From an uncultured delta proteobacterium (GTDB lineage: Bacteria > Myxococcota > Kuafuiibacteriia > Kuafuiibacteriales > Kuafuiibacteriaceae), in the NCBI GenBank assembly GCA_963803435.1, contig CAWDML010000003.1:448001-512000 (forward strand): 64,000 nucleotides of DNA, read 5' to 3'. This document shows, in pieces, positions 48,760 through 57,456 of the stretch. The position numbers were made by a program, and so were the translations under genes. Under the pieces are notes generated by a model, which saw only the letters and a program-made list of their open reading frames with translations, did not search any database and had not been told where the DNA came from. Every line of letters begins with the position of its first letter. Position 1 is the first letter of the stretch.

Positions 48760-49785
48760 TCAAATCCCTCCGACCGGTACCGGGTCGCCCATGTGGATCA
48801 TCGTCCCCCTCGTGAGGGGGAACGAGGCGGTTTGACCGCCGACCGCCCAAACGCCCCCGAACGCGTCGATCCATACCCCGTGGAGGCTCTCGATGGTCGG
48901 GATACCGTCCACCTCGGTCCAACCCGACGGTCCTCGCCGGTAAACGCTGCCGTATTGCCCGACCGCGTAGCCGCCGTCACCGGACAGGCACACCCCGGTG
49001 AGACCCGCGGGCGCGGGCTGGGGCGTCCGGTCCTTCCACTCCGACCCCTCATACTCGACGAGGATACCGGTCGCGAGGCCCCCGACGGCCGCATATCGAC
49101 CCGCGCTGCCGTGCACCGTGAAGAGCGACGACCCCACGCCCGTATCGCCCGGAGTGAGGCACTGTCCGTCCCAGTGGAGCGAGAGACCGCTCCCCACGAA
49201 CCAGAGGTCATCGGCCGACAGGCCAAACGCCTTCCAGACCGCGCCGCTCGGAAGGCTCGCAGGAAGCGGGACGTCCACCCAGGTGTCGCCACCGTCGTTG
49301 CGCCAGATGAAGCCGCCCGCAGAGTCGGACTCGCCGCCGACCGCCCAGACGTCGTCGGCGGAGGCGCCCCAGATCCCGAAGACGGTGGCGGTGCCGGGCG
49401 TCTGCATCCGCGTGAACTGGGCGCCGTCGAAGCGAAGGATCACGCCGCCGTCTCCGCCCATCCAGATCGGGCCGCCGGGTACCCCGGTGACCCACCAGAG
49501 CGTGCCCCCGGTCTCGCCGGTGGTGAGGCGGGTCCAACCTGTGCCGTCGAAGTGGAGGACCAGCGGTCCCTGGCCGTCCCGCGCGTCGGCGCCGACCGAC
49601 CAGACGTCGTCCGGTCCAGTTCCCCATACTGAAAGCAGTGCCCCGGGGAGGTCTTCCTGGATTGCCGTCCAGGAAGCCGATGTGTCGTCGCCGTCGCCTC
49701 CAGTGCACGCCGCGCTCCCCAGCGCGCAGAGCGCGAGCGAAGCGAGCCGTCGGATCTGTTGCGGCGATGAACGTACTCTCCACAT
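48760..49785 (-). CDS. beta-propeller lipoprotein with (V/I)WG...DVWAVG repeats
   Basis: Lipobox SAACT; LLSVWGTGPDDVWSVG, FGIWGASADDVWAVG and related repeats. Confidence 0.85.
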   Translation of the reverse strand: MWRVRSSPQQIRRLASLALCALGSAACTGGDGDDTSASWTAIQEDLPGALLSVWGTGPDDVWSVGADARDGQGPLVLHFDGTGWTRLTTGETGGTLWWVTGVPGGPIWMGGDGGVILRFDGAQFTRMQTPGTATVFGIWGASADDVWAVGGESDSAGGFIWRNDGGDTWVDVPLPASLPSGAVWKAFGLSADDLWFVGSGLSLHWDGQCLTPGDTGVGSSLFTVHGSAGRYAAVGGLATGILVEYEGSEWKDRTPQPAPAGLTGVCLSGDGGYAVGQYGSVYRRGPSGWTEVDGIPTIESLHGVWIDAFGGVWAVGGQTASFPLTRGTMIHMGDPVPVGGI

Positions 49786-49920
49786 CGCGCGTGCAGAATA
49801 GCATGCTCAACTCCGACGGCGCGACCCGACGTGGACCGTGCTCCCACCAGGTAGGTGCGGTGCGCCGGCCGACCTCGCGACCACTTCCGCGTGATCAGGC
49901 GGCGATCTAGGCTCGCTGGA

Positions 49921-50578
49921 GTGACCGAGCACCCGTTTCTGGACGCGCTCCGATCGGGCGCTCGAGAGATGGGCCTCGCGCTCTCCGAAGAGATCGCGCA
50001 ACAGATCGAGACGCACTATCTCTTGCTCGCCAAGTGGAGCGCCAAGATGAACCTCACCGCGGTGAGGGACCCGGTGGAGGCGGCGCACCTGCACGGGCTC
50101 GACTCGCTGCTGTTCGCCGAGTGGATCGATCCGGACGCTGAGGACCGGACCGTCGACGTGGGCTCGGGCGCGGGCTTCCCGGGGATCCCGCTGGCGCTGG
50201 CGCGGCCGAAGCTCCAGATGGTGCTGCTGGAGCCGATCCGGAAGCGCGCCTCCTTCCTGCGGGTCGCCCTGGCAGAGCTCGACCTGCCGGGAGTGCGCGT
50301 GATCGAGGGCCGCCTCGAGGCAGGGGAGGGGAAAAAGGGCCCCTGGCCGGCGGATCTCGATCGTTTCCCGCGCGACCATTCCTCCGGTCGAGCTGGCGCG
50401 TCTCGCCACGCCCAAGCTGGCGGCCGAGGGTCGCCTGATCCTGACGTCCGGCGCGGGTGCCCCGGATCCGGCCGCGCTCGCCCGCTCGGGCCTGGTACAC
50501 GTCGAGCGGCGGGAGCGGCGCCTGCCGGGGGGTGAGCTTCGGGTGTTGGATCTGCTCCGTCGTGTTGACCGAGCGTAG
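49921..50578 (+). CDS. rsmG: 16S rRNA m7G527 methyltransferase RsmG, frameshifted near 50359
   Basis: MNLTA, HGLDSL, DVGSGAGFPGIPLA, KRASFL; IVSRA follows in the shifted frame, stop at 50578. Confidence 0.9.
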
Positions 50579-50600
50579 CTCGGTCGATATTCCGGCCGCC

Positions 50601-51320
50601 GTGGGAATCTTCGACGTCCTCAAGCGGAAGTCCCCGGTCGAGAAGCTCGCCAAGGCGGTCAAGGAGCCCTACTCGCAGCCGGAGTACCGCCGCGAGGCCC
50701 GGGACAAGCTGTTCGACATCGGTACCGAGGAGGCGTACCGCGCGCTCTTGATGCGCTTCACCGTGGCGGCCAGCGGTGCCATCGCCGACGAGGACGAGAA
50801 GCGCGAGCTGGTCGACATGCTGGTGTCGGTCGGCGGACCGGTGCTCCCGCAGATCAAACACTTCATCAAGACCGAGCAGAAGGTCACCTTCCCCGTGCGT
50901 GCGCTGGCGCGGATGGTCCCGAAGAACGAGGCGATCGCTTTTCTCGCAGAGGTGCTCCGCCAGTACGATCCCTCGGATCATCGGAGCGTCGAGGCGAAGA
51001 CGACGCTCCTCACCAGCCTCGGCGACATCGTCGGCAGCGACGAGGCAGCGATCTTCATCCCCTACCTCGAGGATCACTCCGACGACGTGCAGTTCAACGC
51101 CATCGCCGTGCTCGAGCGCCTCGCGAATGCGGAGGCGCGCGAGCCCCTCGCGGCCGTCTGCTGCGGCGATGAGCACGCGCAGCGCATCCAGCGCCGGGCC
51201 GCGGAGGCGCTCTCGAAGCTCGAGTGGTCGGTGCGGGAGCGCTACGAGCAGTTTCATCCGGAGCTGAAGCAGGAATACCTGCTCGGCAAGAAGGGCCACC
51301 TGGTCAAGAAGGGCGCTTGA
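50601..51320 (+). CDS. HEAT-repeat protein
   Basis: Helical repeats such as YLEDHSDDVQFNAIAVLERL. Confidence 0.8.
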   Translation: MGIFDVLKRKSPVEKLAKAVKEPYSQPEYRREARDKLFDIGTEEAYRALLMRFTVAASGAIADEDEKRELVDMLVSVGGPVLPQIKHFIKTEQKVTFPVRALARMVPKNEAIAFLAEVLRQYDPSDHRSVEAKTTLLTSLGDIVGSDEAAIFIPYLEDHSDDVQFNAIAVLERLANAEAREPLAAVCCGDEHAQRIQRRAAEALSKLEWSVRERYEQFHPELKQEYLLGKKGHLVKKGA

Positions 51321-52192
51321 GCGCACCGGTCTCCATCGAGGTGATCGACGGCGGTGCGCGTCTCGACCAGCTCCTGGCGCGGCACATCCCCGAGCTCTCG
51401 CGCCGGCAGGCCCGCCGCTTGATCGAGCAGGGCGCCGTCTTTCTCGACGGCAAGCGCTGTAAGGTCGCCTCCCGCATGATCCCTCGCGGCGCCCACCTGG
51501 TGGTCCATCTCGAGCCCGCCGCCGCCGATCCCGCGCCGTTTCGGATCCTGTACGAGGACGAGCGGCTGATCGCGGTCGACAAGCGGCCGGGCGTCCAGGT
51601 GAACGAGACCGAGACCTCGCCCGTCCGATCGCTGGTGGCGCACCTCGGCGCGCTCGCGGTGCATCGGCTCGACCGAGAGACCTCCGGCGTGGTGGTGCTG
51701 GCCAAGGACGCGGCGGCGGCAGAGCAGCTGTCGGCCGCGTTCCGCGAGCGCCGGGTCGAGAAGGAGTATCTGGCGGTGACGATGGGGGCCCCGCCCGACG
51801 GCGTCATCGATCGCCCGATCGGGCGCGATCCCAAGCGACCGCGGGCGCGCACGGTGCGCGAGGACGGCAAGCCGGCGACCACGCGGATCCGCGTCCTGGT
51901 GCGCTCGGGCGACGCTGCGCTGGTCTCGGCCGAACCTCAGACCGGACGGACGCACCAGATTCGCGTGCACCTCCGCAGCGTGGGCACGCCGATCGCGGGT
52001 GATCTCACGTATGGCGGACCCGCGGCGCTGCGGATCGGGGAGGCGGTCGTGCGCCCCCAGCGGATGCTTCTGCATGCATTCCGGCTGAATGTGCCGTTCG
52101 GTGGACACGTCTTACGGATCGAGGCGCCGTTGCCGGACGACTTCAGGGCGCTCGGCGTCCACGGGCTGGCGTTCGACGCGTCTGCTGGGTAG
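51317..52192 (+). CDS. RluA-family pseudouridine synthase with S4 domain
   Basis: RLDQLLA..SRRQARRLI, HRLDRETSG, TGRTHQIRVHL, LHA. Confidence 0.95.
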   Translation: MSAPVSIEVIDGGARLDQLLARHIPELSRRQARRLIEQGAVFLDGKRCKVASRMIPRGAHLVVHLEPAAADPAPFRILYEDERLIAVDKRPGVQVNETETSPVRSLVAHLGALAVHRLDRETSGVVVLAKDAAAAEQLSAAFRERRVEKEYLAVTMGAPPDGVIDRPIGRDPKRPRARTVREDGKPATTRIRVLVRSGDAALVSAEPQTGRTHQIRVHLRSVGTPIAGDLTYGGPAALRIGEAVVRPQRMLLHAFRLNVPFGGHVLRIEAPLPDDFRALGVHGLAFDASAG

Positions 52193-52203
52193 CCTCTACC
52201 GCC

Positions 52204-52686
52204 ATGAACGCGCGCGCGACTCTCTCGTTCCTCACGACGCTCGCCTTCGCGACCCCGGCGCTGGCCGCCGAAGTCTCCGATGAGGACAAGGCGAAATACG
52301 AGGCTGCGGCCCGCGAGGCGATCAACGCGACCGGCTCCGCCATCGATGCGTGCACCGATCGGTACATCGAAGAGAACCCCGGCACGCAGGGACAGGCCAA
52401 GATCTCGATCCAGATCGTGAAGGGCGGGGTGGTGAAGTCGGCGGTGGTGGAGACCGTCCTCACGGGCGCGCGCTCGCTGCGCGACTGTCTGGAGCGCGTG
52501 GCCCGCGGGTGGCGCTTCCCCGAGCCGCAGACCGACAAGCCGGACGCGCTCTCCCTCCAGATCCCGGTGAAGAAGGGGGCAAAGTTCAAGATCTACGCAC
52601 CCGGCGAGCAGCCTCCGCCCGAGGCCGCCCAGCAGCCGCAGGGCTTCCTGCAGTTCACCCCGAGCTTCCTGCGGACCCACGAGTGA
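52204..52686 (+). CDS. secreted AgmX/PglI C-terminal (TonB-C-like) domain protein
   Basis: Signal peptide; IDAC...G...CL......WRFPEP pattern. Confidence 0.7.
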   Translation: MNARATLSFLTTLAFATPALAAEVSDEDKAKYEAAAREAINATGSAIDACTDRYIEENPGTQGQAKISIQIVKGGVVKSAVVETVLTGARSLRDCLERVARGWRFPEPQTDKPDALSLQIPVKKGAKFKIYAPGEQPPPEAAQQPQGFLQFTPSFLRTHE

Positions 52687-52698
52687 CAGGAGTGAACC

Positions 52699-53463
52699 TT
52701 GCGTAGCGCCGCCACCCTCGCCAGCTTTCTCGCGGGCCTGCTCCTTTCGAGCAGCGTGTGGGCCGACCCGCCCGGCAAGGAGCCGGACGACGGCGACAAG
52801 CTGAAGAAGCCCGGTACCGTCCTCACGTTCTACGGCCTTCGCAAGCTCGAGCAGGATCCGGCGGTCTCCGACGAGGAGAAGCTGCACGAGTGGCAGGCGT
52901 TCATCCAGCGTTCGGCCGAGCAGGTGGAGTACGCCAAGAAGGCGGTCACGCGCTGGAAGGACGCCGCCAAGATCCGGGTCGTGGAGGCGGCCTCCAAGGC
53001 CGATCAGGATCCGAACCTGCTCCCGCGCGACAAGGTCGAGAAGTGGAAGCAGGTCGTCGACCTCTATCCCCGCAGCAAGGAGGGGCGCCAGGCGCAGAAG
53101 CGCGTGATCTGGTGGGCGGGCGTCGAGACCAAGCGGCTCGCCGAGGCTGCCGACGCTGTCGAGAAGGCGCGCAAGCCCAAGGTCGAACGGATCAAGGCGT
53201 GGCTCGAGGTCCTCACCTGGACCGCGAAGGGCCCGGAGGCGCGGGCCGCCGAGAAGCGGATCACCGACCTGCAGGATCAGCTGTACTCCGAGGCCAAGAG
53301 CGTCGACGAGATCGCGCGCGTTGCCAAGCAGACCAAGCTCGAGGCCTGGCGCGACGTTCTCAACGGCCGGCCCACCAACGCCCAACGGCAGCTCGCGAAG
53401 AAGCGCGTGGAGGAGCTCGAGTCCGAGCTCGTGCAGGACGACTCCTCGATCCGAAAGCAATAG
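52699..53463 (+). CDS. secreted helical hypothetical protein with internal repeats
   Basis: Signal peptide; repeated K...W..V...P.....A.KR unit. Confidence 0.75.
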   Translation: MRSAATLASFLAGLLLSSSVWADPPGKEPDDGDKLKKPGTVLTFYGLRKLEQDPAVSDEEKLHEWQAFIQRSAEQVEYAKKAVTRWKDAAKIRVVEAASKADQDPNLLPRDKVEKWKQVVDLYPRSKEGRQAQKRVIWWAGVETKRLAEAADAVEKARKPKVERIKAWLEVLTWTAKGPEARAAEKRITDLQDQLYSEAKSVDEIARVAKQTKLEAWRDVLNGRPTNAQRQLAKKRVEELESELVQDDSSIRKQ

Positions 53464-53472
53464 GGACGGAGG

Positions 53473-56400
53473 TCAGCGGCGTCCTTCGCGCGCGGTCGCC
53501 AGCAGCGTCCGGTTCCGGTTCGAGGGCTCCAGCTCCACCGCGGTCTCGAGGGCCTCGATGGCCGCTACCCGATCGCCTCGCATCAGCGCGACCTCCCCCT
53601 GCTTGACGAGCATGTCCGCCGCGTACTGCCGCTCCGTCTTGTCGAACATCTGCTTGCGATAGCTCTGCCGCGTGTCGGCGTTGCTGAGCACCTGCCAAGC
53701 TGCATCGATGATCGCGTTGATCTCCTTCGCGATCGATTTGACGTCGTCGGGCGCGTCCCGGATCGGGGCCCGCTTGAGATCGAACTCACGCTTGATGGTG
53801 TCGTAGGCGCCACGATGGCTCCGGTGGTGGGCGCTCCAGTGGACGCCGAGGACCTCGAAGTGGTTCATGCCGCGGAGCAGCGCCAGCCGCTCGCGCATCT
53901 CCTTCTTGACGCGGACGAACGCGCTCGGCTCCCGGGCCATGCTGGTGTTCTCGCGGACCACGTGCTGGTGGCCGTCGGTGAACTTCAGCTGGCCCATGCT
54001 CAGGAGCACGCCGACCAGGCGCAGCGATGCCAGCCGCCCGATCGGGCTGCCGAGGACCGCATCCGAGATCGGACGGGTGCCGTCGAGCTGGAGCTGGAGG
54101 AAGCGCAGCTCTTTCTGCTGGAGCTGCATCGGTCCGGCGATGCGGTCGAGGTCGTCGACCGGCGCCACCCTCCGCGTCATGTTTTTGCCAAACAGCACCT
54201 CGAGCTCGTTCGAGCCGAGGGCCTCGTAGCGATGGCGGACGTGGTGCGCGAGCACCGTGATGCCCTTGGTCAGCACCAGGTCGGCGGCGCCTGGGGGTTC
54301 GCGCCAGGGGCCCCACTCGAACCGGCCGCCCTTGAAGCCGAAGGCGCTGCTGAGCACCACGCGGGTCTGCTCGCGCAGTCCGGCCGAGAGATCGGACTTC
54401 CGGATCAAACCGAGCGAGACCAGGGTACGGCCGAGCGACTTCTTGTTCTTCTGCGCCGTCTCCAGGCCCTGCCTCAGGCCGGCCTCGTTCAGCCGCTTGT
54501 TGTTGATCAGGATCCGGCCGAGCGCGTGGTTCTCGTCGCCCGGCTTGAGCGTCACGAACGCGACGCTGCCCTCGTGGAGCCAGACGCACAGCTTCCTCTT
54601 GTCCTCGGCCTCGACGTCGAGCACACCCCGGAGCGCGCGCCGCGCCAGGAACTCGAAGAGCTGGAGCACCGAGGTCTCGCCGAGCTCGGTCTCGTTGTCG
54701 ATCCTGCGGAACTGGAGGTCGAGGATCCGACCCATCGTGAGGGGGGCGTCGAGCTTGCCTTTGATCGGCGAGAGGCTGCCGCTGGCGTCGCCGGCCTTCG
54801 CGGCGGCGTCGAGCGCGTGCTGGTCGAGATCGATCGACGCGTCGTCATCCTCAGGGGCCGGAATCTCTCCCGTCTCCGTGATCTGCTGGAGCTTCGCGAT
54901 CACATCCTGGACGTGGGGCAGCATGAAGCCGACGCGACCGGCGTCCGCGAAGACGACCTCGGCCTCGAGCATGCACCCGAGATCGGTGTCGCCCACGGTG
55001 AGCTGCAGATGCTTCTTGCTGCGGAGCGGGAGCGGGCTCGACTCGACGAACAGGCCGCCGTTGCTCAGGTTGGTCTTGAGCTCGTGTGAGAGATCGGTGA
55101 TGCGTTCGAAGCGCACCACGGTGCCGATCAGCTTCGGGGGTTGAGGCGGGCTCGCGTCGACGACCGGCGCGGCGGGCTCGGGCACGGGCTCGACCAGGTC
55201 CGAGGTCACGACCGCCGCGGGAGCCGGCGGGGCGCTGTCCGCGCGCGCCTGCGGTGCGATCTCCCCGACGATCCCCTCCAGCGCTTTCACCAGCTCGTCC
55301 TTCGACTCGATGAGCAGCTCGCGAAGCGGTGCGTGATCGGGGATTGCCAGCGCCACCAGCCCGCCGACGCGCGCCAGGATCTGGGCCTCGATGTTGATGG
55401 CGCGGCCCGCCGCGATCTTGAGTTGCACCCTGGCGCCGACCTCGCCGTCGGGGCCTCCGACCGCGATCAGGAGGCCGTGGCGCGCCTGGGAGAGGTACAG
55501 GCCCAGCAGGTCCGCCTCGTCGTGCAGCTTGACGACGCCGCCGCGGGTGACGCGGACGAAGCGCCGCGAGCGATCCTCGAAGATCTCGATCCCTTCGGCC
55601 GCTACGCCCGAGGGCGGCGGAGGATCGGGGGGTACAGCTTGGTCCGGCACGGCAGGGTCGACCTCCTCCACGGACGATACGATGCGAGGCACGACCAACG
55701 ACGGTGACGGCGCCCAGGGCTCGAACTCGTGCTCGAGATCCACGCTCTCCAGCGCGGCGTCGGAGAGCGGTCGCGGCTCCATCGACAGGAGGTCGAGATC
55801 GATCGGATCGCCGTCGTAGGTATCGTCGGCGTCTTCGGTCGCGGGCGGTGAGCCGGGGATGCGGGACGTATTCCGCGGCCGTCGCGTGCGCATCGGTCGG
55901 TCGTAGAGGTTCAAGTCCTGCGTCCCATCCGGGAGGTCCTCGCTCTCTTCCGGAGGATCCTCGACCACGGTGGTGCTGCGATCGGCCGCCTGGCGGGCCG
56001 GCGGCTCGTCTGCGTCGGTCTCCGCAGGATCGGGAATCGACGGCATCGGGCGCATGTGGATCTTGCCGCTGGCCGGCTCTTCGTCGGTGATGTGGATCTC
56101 CGCCACACCCGTGCGGTGCGACGCGCTCTCGAACACCGGCATCGGTGCGATCACGGTGGCCTCCGACGGCACCGCGAAACGGCTCCGCTCGGCGGCCTGG
56201 CCCAGACGATCCAGCTCGGGCAAGACCGACTGCTCGAAGTTCTCGAACTCGAGCCCCACGAAGCCGTCGCGCGAGAAGACCACCACCGCCTCGGCGTCGA
56301 CGGTCCACCCGACCCCGGGCGCCTCGATCCGGACGGCGAGGCCCTCCTGGAGCTCGAAAGTGCGGCGGGTTCGCACGAAGGCCCGGCCGCGCCCGAGATT

Positions 56401-56493
56401 GCCCGCGAGCTCTCGAAGGAAGTGATCCGTGTCGGAGAATCGAATCACGTCGTCGGCGCCGAGCTGCGCCGGCCTGCCGGCCTGCCTCGCCAT
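53473..56493 (-). CDS. multidomain protein: PilZ-like x2-3, acidic linker, DUF4388-like, J-domain-like, TPR
   Basis: NLGRGRAFV and NLSNGGLFV PilZ-like motifs; LGRIL..LGRTLV; NHFEVLGV; terminal TPR. Confidence 0.78.
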   Translation of the reverse strand: MARQAGRPAQLGADDVIRFSDTDHFLRELAGNLGRGRAFVRTRRTFELQEGLAVRIEAPGVGWTVDAEAVVVFSRDGFVGLEFENFEQSVLPELDRLGQAAERSRFAVPSEATVIAPMPVFESASHRTGVAEIHITDEEPASGKIHMRPMPSIPDPAETDADEPPARQAADRSTTVVEDPPEESEDLPDGTQDLNLYDRPMRTRRPRNTSRIPGSPPATEDADDTYDGDPIDLDLLSMEPRPLSDAALESVDLEHEFEPWAPSPSLVVPRIVSSVEEVDPAVPDQAVPPDPPPPSGVAAEGIEIFEDRSRRFVRVTRGGVVKLHDEADLLGLYLSQARHGLLIAVGGPDGEVGARVQLKIAAGRAINIEAQILARVGGLVALAIPDHAPLRELLIESKDELVKALEGIVGEIAPQARADSAPPAPAAVVTSDLVEPVPEPAAPVVDASPPQPPKLIGTVVRFERITDLSHELKTNLSNGGLFVESSPLPLRSKKHLQLTVGDTDLGCMLEAEVVFADAGRVGFMLPHVQDVIAKLQQITETGEIPAPEDDDASIDLDQHALDAAAKAGDASGSLSPIKGKLDAPLTMGRILDLQFRRIDNETELGETSVLQLFEFLARRALRGVLDVEAEDKRKLCVWLHEGSVAFVTLKPGDENHALGRILINNKRLNEAGLRQGLETAQKNKKSLGRTLVSLGLIRKSDLSAGLREQTRVVLSSAFGFKGGRFEWGPWREPPGAADLVLTKGITVLAHHVRHRYEALGSNELEVLFGKNMTRRVAPVDDLDRIAGPMQLQQKELRFLQLQLDGTRPISDAVLGSPIGRLASLRLVGVLLSMGQLKFTDGHQHVVRENTSMAREPSAFVRVKKEMRERLALLRGMNHFEVLGVHWSAHHRSHRGAYDTIKREFDLKRAPIRDAPDDVKSIAKEINAIIDAAWQVLSNADTRQSYRKQMFDKTERQYAADMLVKQGEVALMRGDRVAAIEALETAVELEPSNRNRTLLATAREGRR

Positions 56494-56628
56494 CGTGCAC
56501 GTGAATCCTAGCGTCGCAACGGCTCCGGGGCCAAGGATTGAACCGGCTCGGAGCCGTGTTGAGTCGGGTGGCTTTTTCGCGATAGCGTGGGGCCCGGCCT
56601 GGTCGGACCAGAGTCCGAGGACGCGGCC

Positions 56629-57150
56629 ATGGCCGAACCCACCAACTCGAAGTTCTTCACCTACCGGGACGCCGACGGCCACCTGTACCTGTCCGACTCT
56701 CTGGAAGGCATCCCCAAGAAGTACCGGGAGCTCGCCGAGGAGGTGAAGCTCGGCGAGCGGCTGAAGCAGGCCCGCCAGCTGCCCAAGAAGAGCCTCAAGG
56801 AGGCGAAGAAGGTGCAGCGTGAGGTCGGCGACGTGCTGCCGTTCGTCAAGGACCTGGACCTGCCCTCTGTGACCGTGGGGTTCGCGCTTTCGCTCGGCGT
56901 CCTCTTGGTGCTTTCCATCGTCAAGAGGACCGGCAAGCTGCTGATCAAGCTGGCCTTGCTCGTGGCGATCTGCGCGCTGATCGGGGGGGCCTACCTCGGT
57001 TGGCTGCGCCGGGCTGCCGGCCTCGGCGACAGCAAGCTCTCCTCGCCGAAGGCCGTCATCGACGACGCCAAGAAGGCCGCCACCCAGTTTCAGAAACGGC
57101 TCGACGAGCAGGAGAAGACGCTCCACAAGATTGAGGAAGGCGCGCGATGA
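56629..57150 (+). CDS. membrane protein with DUF4124-like N-terminus
   Basis: FTYRDADGHLYLSD...IPKKYR followed by two TM helices. Confidence 0.75.
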   Translation: MAEPTNSKFFTYRDADGHLYLSDSLEGIPKKYRELAEEVKLGERLKQARQLPKKSLKEAKKVQREVGDVLPFVKDLDLPSVTVGFALSLGVLLVLSIVKRTGKLLIKLALLVAICALIGGAYLGWLRRAAGLGDSKLSSPKAVIDDAKKAATQFQKRLDEQEKTLHKIEEGAR

Positions 57151-57446
57151 GCAGGAATCCCGTCGAGGTCAAGAATGACAGAGAGAACGGCCGGGTCGTC
57201 ATCAAGTGGGACGACGGGACGAAGCTCGAGTACGCGCTCGACAATCTGCGCAACGCCTGTCCCTGCGCCGGCTGCCGGGGCCACAGCCCGGGCGAGGTCG
57301 AGCCGCCCCAAGTGCGCGGCGTGACGGTGGTCGGAATCCACGAGGTCGGAAGCTACGCGCTTCGCTTCGACTGGTCGGACGGACATACGACAGGCATCTA
57401 CACCTGGGCGTACCTGGAAGAGATCGGTCGCGAGGCGGTCGTCTAG
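57147..57446 (+). CDS. DUF971 / GBBH-like N-terminal domain protein
   Basis: LRNACPCAGC, VGSYAL..DWSDGHTTGIYTW.YL. Confidence 0.92.
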   Translation: MSRNPVEVKNDRENGRVVIKWDDGTKLEYALDNLRNACPCAGCRGHSPGEVEPPQVRGVTVVGIHEVGSYALRFDWSDGHTTGIYTWAYLEEIGREAVV

Positions 57447-57456
57447 AGAGGGTGCC

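Noticed and set aside
49786-49810. Sigma54 promoter for the lipoprotein operon
   Set aside because: No GG at -24 and wrong spacing; fits an extended -10 element better
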